From Chitinophaga solisilvae (GTDB lineage Bacteria; Bacteroidota; Bacteroidia; Chitinophagales; Chitinophagaceae), in NCBI RefSeq assembly GCF_009928525.1, contig NZ_JAABOK010000011.1, positions 228,400 to 260,399 on the forward strand: DNA of 32,000 nucleotides. The letters are read 5' to 3'. Of the stretch, positions 1 through 8,994 are shown piece by piece (within the stretch, counting starts at the first letter, position 1; each line of letters starts with the position of its first letter). Position numbers and translations under genes: made by a program. The notes under the pieces are model-generated. The model saw only the letters and a program-made list of their open reading frames with translations. It ran no database searches and was not told where the DNA came from.

Positions 1-106
1 TTACCAGCGAAAGTTGTACCCATAGGGCAAAAGCGTAGCTTCCGTTACCGATAAACATCCAGGACACGTTTTTTTTGAGACTATTGCTCCGTTGACTGGT
101 ATTCAT
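1..106 (-). CDS. 5' end (first ~35 codons) of a membrane protein continuing beyond the window; possibly a polysaccharide flippase (Wzx/PST-like) by context
   Basis: ATG at 106..104 (minus) opens a frame that runs off the window edge: MNTSQRSNSLKKNVSWMFIGNGSYAFALWVQLSLV. It has a basic N-terminus followed by a hydrophobic stretch. It lies 36 nt downstream of the epimerase stop, in the same orientation, inside a polysaccharide locus. The functional call rests on context only. Confidence 0.35.
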   Translation of the reverse strand, partial: MNTSQRSNSLKKNVSWMFIGNGSYAFALWVQLSLV

Positions 107-142
107 AGTAATGGTGTTTGTATTAGCGGTTAGCCGTTTCCG

Positions 143-1132
143 TTAGTGGTCCGCAGCCAGCCGGTACCAGCCGGCGGTTATTCTCAGACCTTCACGTACG
201 GAAACTGCCGGGTTATAACCAATCAGTGTTGCAGCTTTGGAGATATCTGCCAGGCTGTGTCTTACATCGCCTTTGCGTTCTTCCCGGTAGATGGGCGCCA
301 GTTCAATACCGGTGATGTTGCATATTTCCTGCCACAGTTCATTGAGGGTGGTACGTTGCCCGAAAGCGATGTTCACCACTTCATGCCTGTCTATGATTTC
401 CGTCAGCAGCGCCCTGATATTGGCCTGCACGGCGTTTTCAACAAAGGTGAAGTCCCTGCTGGTTTCTCCGTCGCCGTTAATGAAAGGCGCCTGCTGTTCC
501 AACGCCGCTTCCATGTACAATGGTATCACTGCGGCATACGGCCCTTTCGGGTTTTGCCGGGGTCCGAATACATTGAAATAACGCAGCCCGACCGCATGAA
601 AATCATATGTACGCGAGAATACCGCGGCATATAGTTCGTTGACATATTTTGTGACGGCATAGGGAGAAAGCGGATTTCCGATCCGGTCTTCCACTTTGGG
701 CAGCCCCGGATGATCTCCGTAAGTACTGGAGCTGGCGGCATACACGAAGCGTTTCACGTTATGATCGCGTGCGGCCACCAGCATATTGAGGAAGCCGCTG
801 ATATTGACATCATTGGTGGTGATGGGATCGTTGATGGAGCGGGGTACCGATCCGAGCGCAGCCTGGTGGGTTACATAATCCATTCCTGCCACTGCCTTAC
901 TGCAATCTTCCGCGTGGCGGATGTCGCCTTCCATCAGTTCAAAAGCAGGATTATCTGCAAACGGGGCAAGGTTCTCCCTGGATCCTGTTGAAAAATTATC
1001 CAGCACCCGCACTTTACCGGCGCCGTTTTTCAGGAGGTATTCAACGATATGGCTGCCTATGAACCCGGCTCCGCCTGTTACCAGGAAGGAGCTACGGCTC
1101 AGGTCTTCAGTATGATATGGTTTCTTGTACAT
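143..1132 (-). CDS. NAD-dependent nucleotide-sugar epimerase/dehydratase (SDR family; WbpP/TviC-like UDP-GlcNAc(A) 4-epimerase)
   Basis: 329-aa ORF. N-terminal Rossmann motif [17 protein letters not shown] and SDR catalytic YAVTKYVNE (YxxxK) preceded by ASSSSTYG. It lies 20 nt downstream of a TviB/WbpO-like dehydrogenase, the classic pairing. Confidence 0.9.
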   Translation of the reverse strand: MYKKPYHTEDLSRSSFLVTGGAGFIGSHIVEYLLKNGAGKVRVLDNFSTGSRENLAPFADNPAFELMEGDIRHAEDCSKAVAGMDYVTHQAALGSVPRSINDPITTNDVNISGFLNMLVAARDHNVKRFVYAASSSTYGDHPGLPKVEDRIGNPLSPYAVTKYVNELYAAVFSRTYDFHAVGLRYFNVFGPRQNPKGPYAAVIPLYMEAALEQQAPFINGDGETSRDFTFVENAVQANIRALLTEIIDRHEVVNIAFGQRTTLNELWQEICNITGIELAPIYREERKGDVRHSLADISKAATLIGYNPAVSVREGLRITAGWYRLAADH

Positions 1133-1152
1133 GGTTTTCGTTAAAGTTGCTG

Positions 1153-2445
1153 CTATAATCTTGCGTCTACAGCCTCTTTCTGCAATACGCCTTTTACATC
1201 ATATACCACTGCATTGGATTTACATAACCTGTTAATCTCAAGCGTCTCAAATTCGCGGTGGGCAACGGCCAGGATAACAGCGTCGAAATCACGGTGTCCG
1301 TTGAGCTGATTAATAGCTCCCCATCCATATTCGTGTTTTACTTCTTCCGGTTTCGCCCAGGGATCATAAATAGTAATATCTGTATCGTATCCTGATAAAG
1401 TATTGAGAATATCAACTACCCTTGTATTACGGACATCCGGACAGTTCTCCTTGAAAGTTACTCCCAGCACCAGAATCTTAGCACCTTTAATAGCAATATC
1501 TTTCTTTACCATCAGCTTCACCACTTCATGCGCTACGTACTCTCCCATACCGTCGTTCAGGCGTCTTCCGGCGAGGATGATTTCAGGATGGTAACCTGTT
1601 TCCTGTGCTTTCTGGGCCAGGTAGTAGGGATCTACCCCTATACAGTGACCACCTACAAGACCGGGTTTAAAGTTCAGGAAGTTCCATTTGGTGGAGGCAG
1701 CTTTCAACACATCATTGGTATCAATACCAAGGCGGTTGAGGATTTTTGCCAGTTCGTTCATGAAAGCGATATTAATATCGCGCTGAGAGTTTTCAATTAC
1801 TTTTGCAGCCTCCGCAACCCTGATTGAAGCAGCCTTAAAAGTACCGGCAGTAATAATGGATCTGTACAGTTCATCTACTTTCTCCGCTATTTCAGGGGTG
1901 GAACCTGCAGTTACCTTCCTGATTTTGGCAACAGTATGTTCCTTGTCCCCCGGGTTGATACGTTCCGGAGAATAACCGGCGAAGAAATCCACATTGAATT
2001 TCAGGCCGGAAACCTTTTCCAGTACCGGTATACATTCATCTTCCGTTACACCTGGATATACCGTAGATTCATATATTACTACATCACCCTTCTTCAGTAC
2101 TTTACCAACGGTTTCACTGGCTTTGTAAAGTGGGGTAAGGTCTGGTTTATTATGTTTGTCTACCGGTGTTGGCACGGTAACGATATAGTAATTGCAATCC
2201 CTGATACCATCAAGGCTGCAGGTACAGAACAGACCAGAGCCCGGGGCTCCTCCGTCTTTCAGTACACTTTTCAGCTTATCACCTTCTACTTCCAGAGTGA
2301 TGTCTATACCATCATTAAGTTGCTGAACTCTTCCCTGGTTGATATCGAAGCCGGCTGTGTTGTATCTGGTGGCGAATTCCACTGCCAGAGGCAAGCCTAC
2401 GTATCCTAATCCGACAATAGCAATCTTTACATCCTGCTGATTCAT
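1153..2445 (-). CDS. Nucleotide-sugar 6-dehydrogenase (TviB/WbpO-like UDP-N-acetylhexosamine dehydrogenase)
   Basis: 430-aa ORF. NAD-binding [17 protein letters not shown] and catalytic-Cys region [15 protein letters not shown], typical of the UDP-glucose/GDP-mannose dehydrogenase family. Substrate specificity is inferred from the adjacent epimerase. Confidence 0.88.
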   Translation of the reverse strand: MNQQDVKIAIVGLGYVGLPLAVEFATRYNTAGFDINQGRVQQLNDGIDITLEVEGDKLKSVLKDGGAPGSGLFCTCSLDGIRDCNYYIVTVPTPVDKHNKPDLTPLYKASETVGKVLKKGDVVIYESTVYPGVTEDECIPVLEKVSGLKFNVDFFAGYSPERINPGDKEHTVAKIRKVTAGSTPEIAEKVDELYRSIITAGTFKAASIRVAEAAKVIENSQRDINIAFMNELAKILNRLGIDTNDVLKAASTKWNFLNFKPGLVGGHCIGVDPYYLAQKAQETGYHPEIILAGRRLNDGMGEYVAHEVVKLMVKKDIAIKGAKILVLGVTFKENCPDVRNTRVVDILNTLSGYDTDITIYDPWAKPEEVKHEYGWGAINQLNGHRDFDAVILAVAHREFETLEINRLCKSNAVVYDVKGVLQKEAVDARL

Positions 2446-2480
2446 ATTCTGCTTTTTTAATTGAAATACAATTTGATTAA

Positions 2481-4880
2481 TTATACTTTTGAGAAAGTTT
2501 TTTTGATTTTCCTGAACATACCTTTCCGGTTATTCTCTGTGCCATAACCATATCCATAGCCATAACCATATCCGTAACCGCTGCCGGCATCTGCCTTCAC
2601 ATCATTCACGATAAGATTCAGCTTGGGAAGTTTCTTATAGTAATACAGCTCCCTTGTCATTTGCACCTGATCTTTAAAGGTGTATCCCTGTCTTACCAGA
2701 TACAGTGTAGCATCTGCCTGCCTTGCGAGCAGCTGTGCATCCGTAACCAGACCTATCGGTGCTGTATCAATAATGATGTAATCGAACATTTCCCTTAACC
2801 GGTTGAACAGTTGAGTCGTTCTTTCCAGCATCAATAATTCTGAAGGGTTCGGTGGTAATGGTCCGGAAGAAATAATACTGCAGTTATCATGAATACCCGA
2901 AGGACGAATCAGGGCCTCCAATGGCGTTTGCCCCGCGGCATAAGTACTGAATCCGATGTTATTGGGAACACCCAGCTGCTGAGATATCCGGGGTTTGCGC
3001 AGATCCATTTCCAGCAGTACCACTTTTTTATTTGACAAAGCCAGTACTGCAGCCAGATTCACTGATACAAAGGTTTTTCCCTCGCCGCTCATGCTGGAAG
3101 TCAGGAGTATTACCTTTTCTTCCTTACCTGCTAAAATAAACTGCAGATTGGTACGCATGGCGCGGAACTGTTCTGCGATCACGGAAGTGGCCCCCTGCTG
3201 GGCTACAATCAATTCCCTGGAGGAGCTGTGGCCTATTTCACCCAGTATATGCACCGGCGTATAGTTGGTAATATCCTGCTTGCGGCTCACGCGGCGGTTA
3301 AGCGTATCCCGCAGATACAGCCAGCCTGCCGGGAATATCACCCCGAACATCAGTCCCAGCAGATATATCAGCGGACGTTTGGGAGAGAATGGCAGGGCAG
3401 CGGTTTTGGCACTGTCTATCACCCTCGCAACCGCCAGATTGGATGACTTGGAAATAGCTGATTCCTCACGCTTTTTCAGCAGGAACAGGTACAATTCCTG
3501 TTTGATGGATTGCTGACGGGAGAAGTCCAGGAAGATACGCTCCTTTGCAGGCACCTGCCTTATCTTGCTGTCCAGGCTGCCCGCACGGGATTTCAGCTCG
3601 CTGATACTGACCTCTACCCCTCTTTTGATAGTGGACAGGTTAGATTTCAGGTCTCCCCGCAGGCCGGCCAGCTGCCGGTCTGTATTCACCACTACCGGGT
3701 TGGAGGCGGTATTGGCCATGAGCAGGCGTTCCCGTTCCATCTGCAGGTTGTTATACTTTTCTACCAGCGACATAAACGTAGGGTCCTGCATAATCATGGC
3801 CGCGGGAACAATACGTTTGTTGTTTTTCTCGTCGCCGATATATTCTTCCAGGGTATTGATAACACTGAGGCGTACCTGCTGGTCTGTCAGCTGCTTTGTA
3901 AATTCACCGGTGCCTTGGATAAGTTGTTTGGATTGCTCCGTCAGGTCAGCCAGTTCATTGGACTGTTTGAATGACTGTATTTCCTTTTCCACGCCGCTCA
4001 GCTCCCGGCTCACGATTACCAGTCGGTTATCCACGAAGGCGATGGTACTGTCTACAATCCTGTTTTTGGCTTCCACGCTGGAACGCTGGTAGAAGTCCAT
4101 CAGCCGGTTGAGGATCAGTTCTCCCTTATCCGGTATGGTGGTGGTCAGCGTCAGATCCACGGTGCTCACCTGCAGGTTGGGAACGCGTACCTCCAGCAGT
4201 TTCTGGTAGTCAGATACTGCCTGATCAACAGATACCACGTTGATGAGAAATGGTTCGCTGCTCATTTCGTATGCGCGGTTACGTTGCATATGCAGGGTAC
4301 CTTCCGGCAGTACCAAGGTATCGCCCCAGGCGCCATCATGATCGTACCCTGGCTTTGACAGTGCGTATCCTGCATCTGTAGCCCTGAGCTTGTAAGTAAT
4401 TCCTTTCCCGATAGAATCTTTCAGGTTAAGCCACCGGAAAGTAAAGGGCATACGGCTGAATTCCTCCGTTTTCTTCACCCGGCCTTCCGTGTAGTAGGTT
4501 ACATTCAGTTGCAGGTCTTTTACCACCTTCTCCATCAGGGAGCGCGACTTAATAATTTCTACTTCATTGTCCACATTACTTTTGCTGTTGAATATCTGCA
4601 GCTGTGACAGTAATTCTTCACCGGGAGCATTTCCTCCCTTCTGTTCATCCTGAACAAGTATTTTAGCGGCCACTTTATACTGGGGCACTGCATAGCGGAG
4701 GTAGAGCCAGGCCGCCAGTACACCCACGATCAGGCAGATGGCAAACCAGTACCAGTATGCGAGAAACTGATCCAGTATCATCCGCAGATTAAATGAATTG
4801 TCTTTGCTCTCGACCGGCATATCCACCCCGTTACCGTTCAGGTGTATGCCGTTATGTTTAATAATTTCCTGCATAATCAA
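2481..4880 (-). CDS. Polysaccharide co-polymerase / tyrosine autokinase (Wzc/GumC-like, PCP-2a)
   Basis: 799-aa ORF. An N-terminal TM segment is followed by a long coiled periplasmic region and a second TM. The C-terminal BY-kinase domain has Walker [13 protein letters not shown], Walker A' [10 protein letters not shown], Walker [10 protein letters not shown] and a terminal tyrosine cluster [13 protein letters not shown]. Confidence 0.92.
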   Translation of the reverse strand: MIMQEIIKHNGIHLNGNGVDMPVESKDNSFNLRMILDQFLAYWYWFAICLIVGVLAAWLYLRYAVPQYKVAAKILVQDEQKGGNAPGEELLSQLQIFNSKSNVDNEVEIIKSRSLMEKVVKDLQLNVTYYTEGRVKKTEEFSRMPFTFRWLNLKDSIGKGITYKLRATDAGYALSKPGYDHDGAWGDTLVLPEGTLHMQRNRAYEMSSEPFLINVVSVDQAVSDYQKLLEVRVPNLQVSTVDLTLTTTIPDKGELILNRLMDFYQRSSVEAKNRIVDSTIAFVDNRLVIVSRELSGVEKEIQSFKQSNELADLTEQSKQLIQGTGEFTKQLTDQQVRLSVINTLEEYIGDEKNNKRIVPAAMIMQDPTFMSLVEKYNNLQMERERLLMANTASNPVVVNTDRQLAGLRGDLKSNLSTIKRGVEVSISELKSRAGSLDSKIRQVPAKERIFLDFSRQQSIKQELYLFLLKKREESAISKSSNLAVARVIDSAKTAALPFSPKRPLIYLLGLMFGVIFPAGWLYLRDTLNRRVSRKQDITNYTPVHILGEIGHSSSRELIVAQQGATSVIAEQFRAMRTNLQFILAGKEEKVILLTSSMSGEGKTFVSVNLAAVLALSNKKVVLLEMDLRKPRISQQLGVPNNIGFSTYAAGQTPLEALIRPSGIHDNCSIISSGPLPPNPSELLMLERTTQLFNRLREMFDYIIIDTAPIGLVTDAQLLARQADATLYLVRQGYTFKDQVQMTRELYYYKKLPKLNLIVNDVKADAGSGYGYGYGYGYGYGTENNRKGMFRKIKKTFSKV

Positions 4881-4893
4881 ACCTTAAAAAAAC

Positions 4894-5748
4894 TTAGAAG
4901 TTTACTCTCGACACAACAACAATCAGCAGTGATAATACTGAGGCCATGATAGAAATCCGTTTTACCTGTGCCATATCAGTTGAAGCAGCTTTTGATTTAT
5001 TCGGTTCCACGTAAACCACATCTCCCTGACGGAGGTAGAAATACGGAGAAGTAAACAGGTTGCTGTTATTGAGATTGAACCGCGCAAATTCTTTCCTGCC
5101 GTTATTTTCACGGATGAGGAGTACGTTTTCCCTTTTCCCGTAGATGGTAAGATCTCCGGCAACACCCAATGCATCGAGCAGGGTGACTTTTTCATTGGGC
5201 ATCACGTAGGTGGAGGGGCGGTTTACTTCTCCCAGCACAGTAATTTTAAAGTTGGCATAACGTACGTTTACCACCGGGTCTTTGTAGTACTCAGCCGCCT
5301 TTGCCCGGATGGTATCACGTACCTGGTCAGTGGATAATCCTTTTACCAGCACCTTGCCTACCAGCGGCAGTACGATGTTTCCTTCCTTGTCAACAAGGTA
5401 ACCCGCAACGCCGTTGTTGGCTGCAGCTGGCTGCAGGCTGGAATTTCCTGTTACCGGCCAGCTGGCGGTGTTCTGCTGGTTCAGTAAGGTGGTAGCTGCG
5501 GGGTCCAGTGTCTGGATGCTCACCTGCAGAATATCATCAGATTGTATTACCGGTGTTTTAAAGGCAGCCTGTGTTACCTCCCGGTTGTTCAATGTATCAG
5601 GCAGATCTTTGAAATAAGTAATATTCTTAGGCGCAGCACAGGAAAACAGGCATATGCTCAACACAGCCATCATGCTCCAGTCAGACCAGCTATTACCACC
5701 TAAACACTTAAAAAACAGGGAGCGATTTTCCCGCTTGAATAACTTCAT
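4894..5748 (-). CDS. Polysaccharide export outer-membrane lipoprotein (Wza-like; Poly_export + SLBB)
   Basis: 284-aa ORF with lipobox-like LSICLFSC and a Poly_export-like IQSDDILQVSIQ region. SLBB-like GEVNRPSTYVMPNEKVTLLDALGVAGDLT. The true start may be the internal MM near 5673 (MMAVLSICLFSC...). The gap to Wzc is 13 nt. Confidence 0.85.
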   Translation of the reverse strand: MKLFKRENRSLFFKCLGGNSWSDWSMMAVLSICLFSCAAPKNITYFKDLPDTLNNREVTQAAFKTPVIQSDDILQVSIQTLDPAATTLLNQQNTASWPVTGNSSLQPAAANNGVAGYLVDKEGNIVLPLVGKVLVKGLSTDQVRDTIRAKAAEYYKDPVVNVRYANFKITVLGEVNRPSTYVMPNEKVTLLDALGVAGDLTIYGKRENVLLIRENNGRKEFARFNLNNSNLFTSPYFYLRQGDVVYVEPNKSKAASTDMAQVKRISIMASVLSLLIVVVSRVNF

Positions 5749-5754
5749 CTTTTA

Positions 5755-7701
5755 TTACAGTTTTATTTTGTCTTTATCCAGTTCTTCGAAAGCAGAATTC
5801 TTACTGATGAATTCCGGTACCAGCGCTTTCATCAGCGCCACGGTAGGCGTCAGGTAATGCTGTTGCGCAGAGGCAATCAGTTCGCTGACTCTCGCGTCTA
5901 CTTCTGCAAAGCTGTAGCTGCGTACTTTGGCAATCAGTATTTTTTCATGATAGGTAGGCAGGGTATTTTCTGCGTTGTTGAGCAGTTCTTCATACAGTTT
6001 TTCTCCCGGTCTTAATCCGGAGTAAACGATCTGAATATCCCGGCCGGGTTCCTTTCCGCTCATGCGGATCATCTTCCGGGCGAGGTCTGCCACTTTCATG
6101 GGTTTGCCCATATCGAACACAAATATTTCGCCGCCCTGTCCCATAGCGCCCGCTTCCAGCACCAGCTGGCAGGCTTCGGGGATGGTCATGAAATAACGGG
6201 TGATTTCCGGATGCGTTACGGTGAGCGGACCGCCGCTCTCCAGCTGCTTTTTAAAACGTGGAATGACAGACCCGTTGGAACCGAGTACGTTGCCGAAACG
6301 GGTAGTGATAAAACGTGTAGGCGGCAGGCCGAATATGGGGCCTGTCTGCTTGAAATGCTCGTTTATGGAATTATTGAAAGATTGTGTGAAGATTTCAGCA
6401 ATACGTTTGGATGCCCCCATTACATTGGTAGGATTCACGGCTTTGTCGGTAGATACCATCACAAATTTCTCTGCACCGAATTCTACTGCGAGTTCCGCCA
6501 TGATTTTAGTTCCCAGCACATTATTCATAACTGCGATGGAAGGATTTTTTTCCATCATAGGCACATGCTTGTAGGCAGCAGCATGATATACGATAGCCGG
6601 TGCATATACTTCAAACAGCTGCTGCATACGTACTTTATCGCATACGTTACCGATGTACGGAATAACGGGCACATCGGAGCCTTTCTCCAGCATCTCCAGC
6701 TCCAGTTCATGCAGCGGCGATTCCGCCTTATCGCAGAGTATAATCACACTGGGTTCATACTTGATGACCTGGCGTACAATTTCAGAGCCGATAGATCCGG
6801 CAGCACCGGTTACAAGAATACTCTTTCCCTTCAGTTCCTCACTCAGCTGTTCATTCTTGATATTGATCACAGACCTTTCCAGGAGGTCCTCTATATTAAT
6901 ATCTTTCAATTGAATACCATTATTATGTGCGCCATCGATCCACTGATCAACGGAAATAATTTTCTGTACACGAATGTTTAGGGAGATACATTCTTCCACC
7001 AGCTCATTCAGGTGCGGCATATCCAGGTGGTCATCCGGAATCAGCAGCAGGGAGATTTTACCCTGACGGGCCATTTTGAACAACTGACCTTTGCGGGAAA
7101 CATACACCGGCAGGCCTTCAATAGATTTACCGGCATGAGATTTTGAATCTGCCAGGAAGGCCACAATACGGATATCGGAACCGGGATTGTCTGTAATAGC
7201 CTTACGCAGCATAAGGCTGGTATGTCCGGTATGATAAATGGCCGCACGTGTTCTGTTCACTGCCCGGAAATTGTTGTAATATTTGAACACCCATTTCACG
7301 AGCAGGCGGTACGATAAGAGGAAGAAGGAGCCTATAAAGAAATTAATCAGGACTACTGACAATGGAAACAGGTTGGCATCTGCATCCAGCACGTGACTAT
7401 AGCCTATGCTGACCAGCATACAGCAGCTGATGATGTTCATGCAGGCGATATTACCTATGTCTGCAAGGCTGGTATGTCTGACAATACCGCGGTAAGTACG
7501 CAGTATCAGTGATAGTATCAGGGTCACGCCTGTTACGAGGAGGGAAATTTCTTTCAGGGGATATCGGTAGAGCGTTTCTACCTCAAAGTTAAGTCTGAGC
7601 AGAAAGGCCAGATTGATGGCGAGAACGGAGCACCCAAGGTCTAAGAGCAAAATAAGCCATGACGGGGTAATCCATGATGATCTGTGCACCATAGGTTTCA
7701 A
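5755..7701 (-). CDS. Membrane-anchored nucleotide-sugar 4,6-dehydratase (CapD/WbpM/PglF family polysaccharide biosynthesis protein)
   Basis: 648-aa ORF with 4-5 N-terminal TM helices. Rossmann motif ILVTGAAGSIGSEIVRQ and a CapD-type core MVSTDKAVNPTNVMGASKRIAE. It is the first gene of the co-oriented EPS block, with a 6-nt gap to the Wza-like gene. Confidence 0.9.
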   Translation of the reverse strand: MKPMVHRSSWITPSWLILLLDLGCSVLAINLAFLLRLNFEVETLYRYPLKEISLLVTGVTLILSLILRTYRGIVRHTSLADIGNIACMNIISCCMLVSIGYSHVLDADANLFPLSVVLINFFIGSFFLLSYRLLVKWVFKYYNNFRAVNRTRAAIYHTGHTSLMLRKAITDNPGSDIRIVAFLADSKSHAGKSIEGLPVYVSRKGQLFKMARQGKISLLLIPDDHLDMPHLNELVEECISLNIRVQKIISVDQWIDGAHNNGIQLKDINIEDLLERSVINIKNEQLSEELKGKSILVTGAAGSIGSEIVRQVIKYEPSVIILCDKAESPLHELELEMLEKGSDVPVIPYIGNVCDKVRMQQLFEVYAPAIVYHAAAYKHVPMMEKNPSIAVMNNVLGTKIMAELAVEFGAEKFVMVSTDKAVNPTNVMGASKRIAEIFTQSFNNSINEHFKQTGPIFGLPPTRFITTRFGNVLGSNGSVIPRFKKQLESGGPLTVTHPEITRYFMTIPEACQLVLEAGAMGQGGEIFVFDMGKPMKVADLARKMIRMSGKEPGRDIQIVYSGLRPGEKLYEELLNNAENTLPTYHEKILIAKVRSYSFAEVDARVSELIASAQQHYLTPTVALMKALVPEFISKNSAFEELDKDKIKL

Positions 7702-8194
7702 TGATAAGATATGGTTATTAAATATATGCTCGTCTATTTTATAAGCGACGCCCTTTCCGGGTTTTCATAGTCGGCGTCTTTACCTACAAATCAGATTTCA
7801 GTTACAAACTCGCATGATATGGTTTTCAAAGTTCATGCAAAGTAAACACTAAATTTTGACATCTCTATTATGAAAAAGTAAACAATTTTAAAAAACATAA
7901 ACTTTTCAAAGATGACTTTCCCTGTGAACAGTAACTGATGTGACAGTAAGGACCCAACCTGAAAATACAATCCCCTGGCAGTCTTACCCGGCCTGTATTT
8001 CAGGCAGATTCGGACTACTAACAACATGGGATATACGAAAAGGGATACTAGCAGCAACAACTGCCAACGCCGGGCAGTTTCAACCGCTTATCATACTCGA
8101 GACTGCTGCTATATTTATTATTTCTCAAACATTTGCCCGCTGGCATAGCTAAGGTCTTAACACTTTGATACATGGTTCTTCGGTTTTTCCGGTT

Positions 8195-8310
8195 AACTAA
8201 AGTTCGCGATATGGTTCAATAATCAAACTACTAAAGTCTTTTTCAGACGGGCGTTAAGAAACAAACACCATACCAACTTTAGTAGAAACAATAAATTTCG
8301 AACTAAAGTT
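8195..8310. promoter_or_regulatory. Array of four AACTnnAGTT-type palindromic boxes (candidate operator cluster)
   Basis: The exact 8-mer ACTAAAGT occurs at 8196-8203, 8230-8237 and 8302-8309, and inverted (ACTTTAGT) at 8276-8283. The 10-mer AACTAAAGTT is exact at 8195-8204 and 8301-8310. Degenerate copies sit at 8311-8320 and 8332-8340. Function is unknown. Confidence 0.3.
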
Positions 8311-8371
8311 AGGTAAAGTGTTTACGATTTCAACTAAATTTTTTGAAAAAATTAAAAGATTAACGGGAAGA

Positions 8372-8941
8372 TTACAATGCGAATACAACCAGACTCTTTG
8401 CGCCATGTGCGCCTAATACGAGGGATTGCTCTATGTCAGCGGTTTTGGAAGGGCCCGCAATGAATACGCCAAAGCCGGTGAGGGGTAAACCAATTTTTTC
8501 ATATGCATCATGCATGGTTGCGAGGATGCGTTCCCGTGAGATAACGATTGCCAGATGCTGACAGATGAAAGGCAGTACGCGCACCGGCGCTTCTTCCTCT
8601 GTGACCCATACAGCGCCATTTTCCGCCACGGCCCACTGTCCGCGGATAACAGCCATATCCACATCCTCCAGCATATGCGGATCTTCGTGTATCCATGACC
8701 GTTCTCCTGATGTGGCTGCTATCACCCGCTTCATTTCTGGATAATGTTGCGCGAGCAAAGCAGGGATCTCCTTCTCATCGCTGATCTCAAACAAGCTGCC
8801 ACCAAGGCTTTCCAGCACCTTACGGTAGGCGTCCAAAGTAGCTGGCATAGCGCCGCGCAGACCATCCAGCGAAGGCAATGCTACCTGCTCAGGCTGATTC
8901 ATTTTTACGGCGCTTAATATTTTATCTCTGCTGCTCATCAT
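8372..8941 (-). CDS. lutC: Lactate utilisation protein C (LUD-domain protein)
   Basis: 189-aa ORF of LutC/YkgG size and composition. It is the last gene of a lutA-lutB-lutC order on the minus strand, 53 nt after lutB. Confidence 0.8.
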   Translation of the reverse strand: MMSSRDKILSAVKMNQPEQVALPSLDGLRGAMPATLDAYRKVLESLGGSLFEISDEKEIPALLAQHYPEMKRVIAATSGERSWIHEDPHMLEDVDMAVIRGQWAVAENGAVWVTEEEAPVRVLPFICQHLAIVISRERILATMHDAYEKIGLPLTGFGVFIAGPSKTADIEQSLVLGAHGAKSLVVFAL

Positions 8942-8994
8942 TATTTTTTTTGTGACACTACGATACTTATCTGATTACTACGATAAATATCCGG

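Noticed and set aside
7833-8152. Two overlapping ORFs (75 aa minus, 70 aa plus) in the lutC-EPS gene-free region.
   Set aside because: They have no recognisable motifs, odd composition (Phe/Leu/Ile runs from AT-rich DNA) and mutual overlap. The region is better treated as non-coding leader or regulatory DNA.
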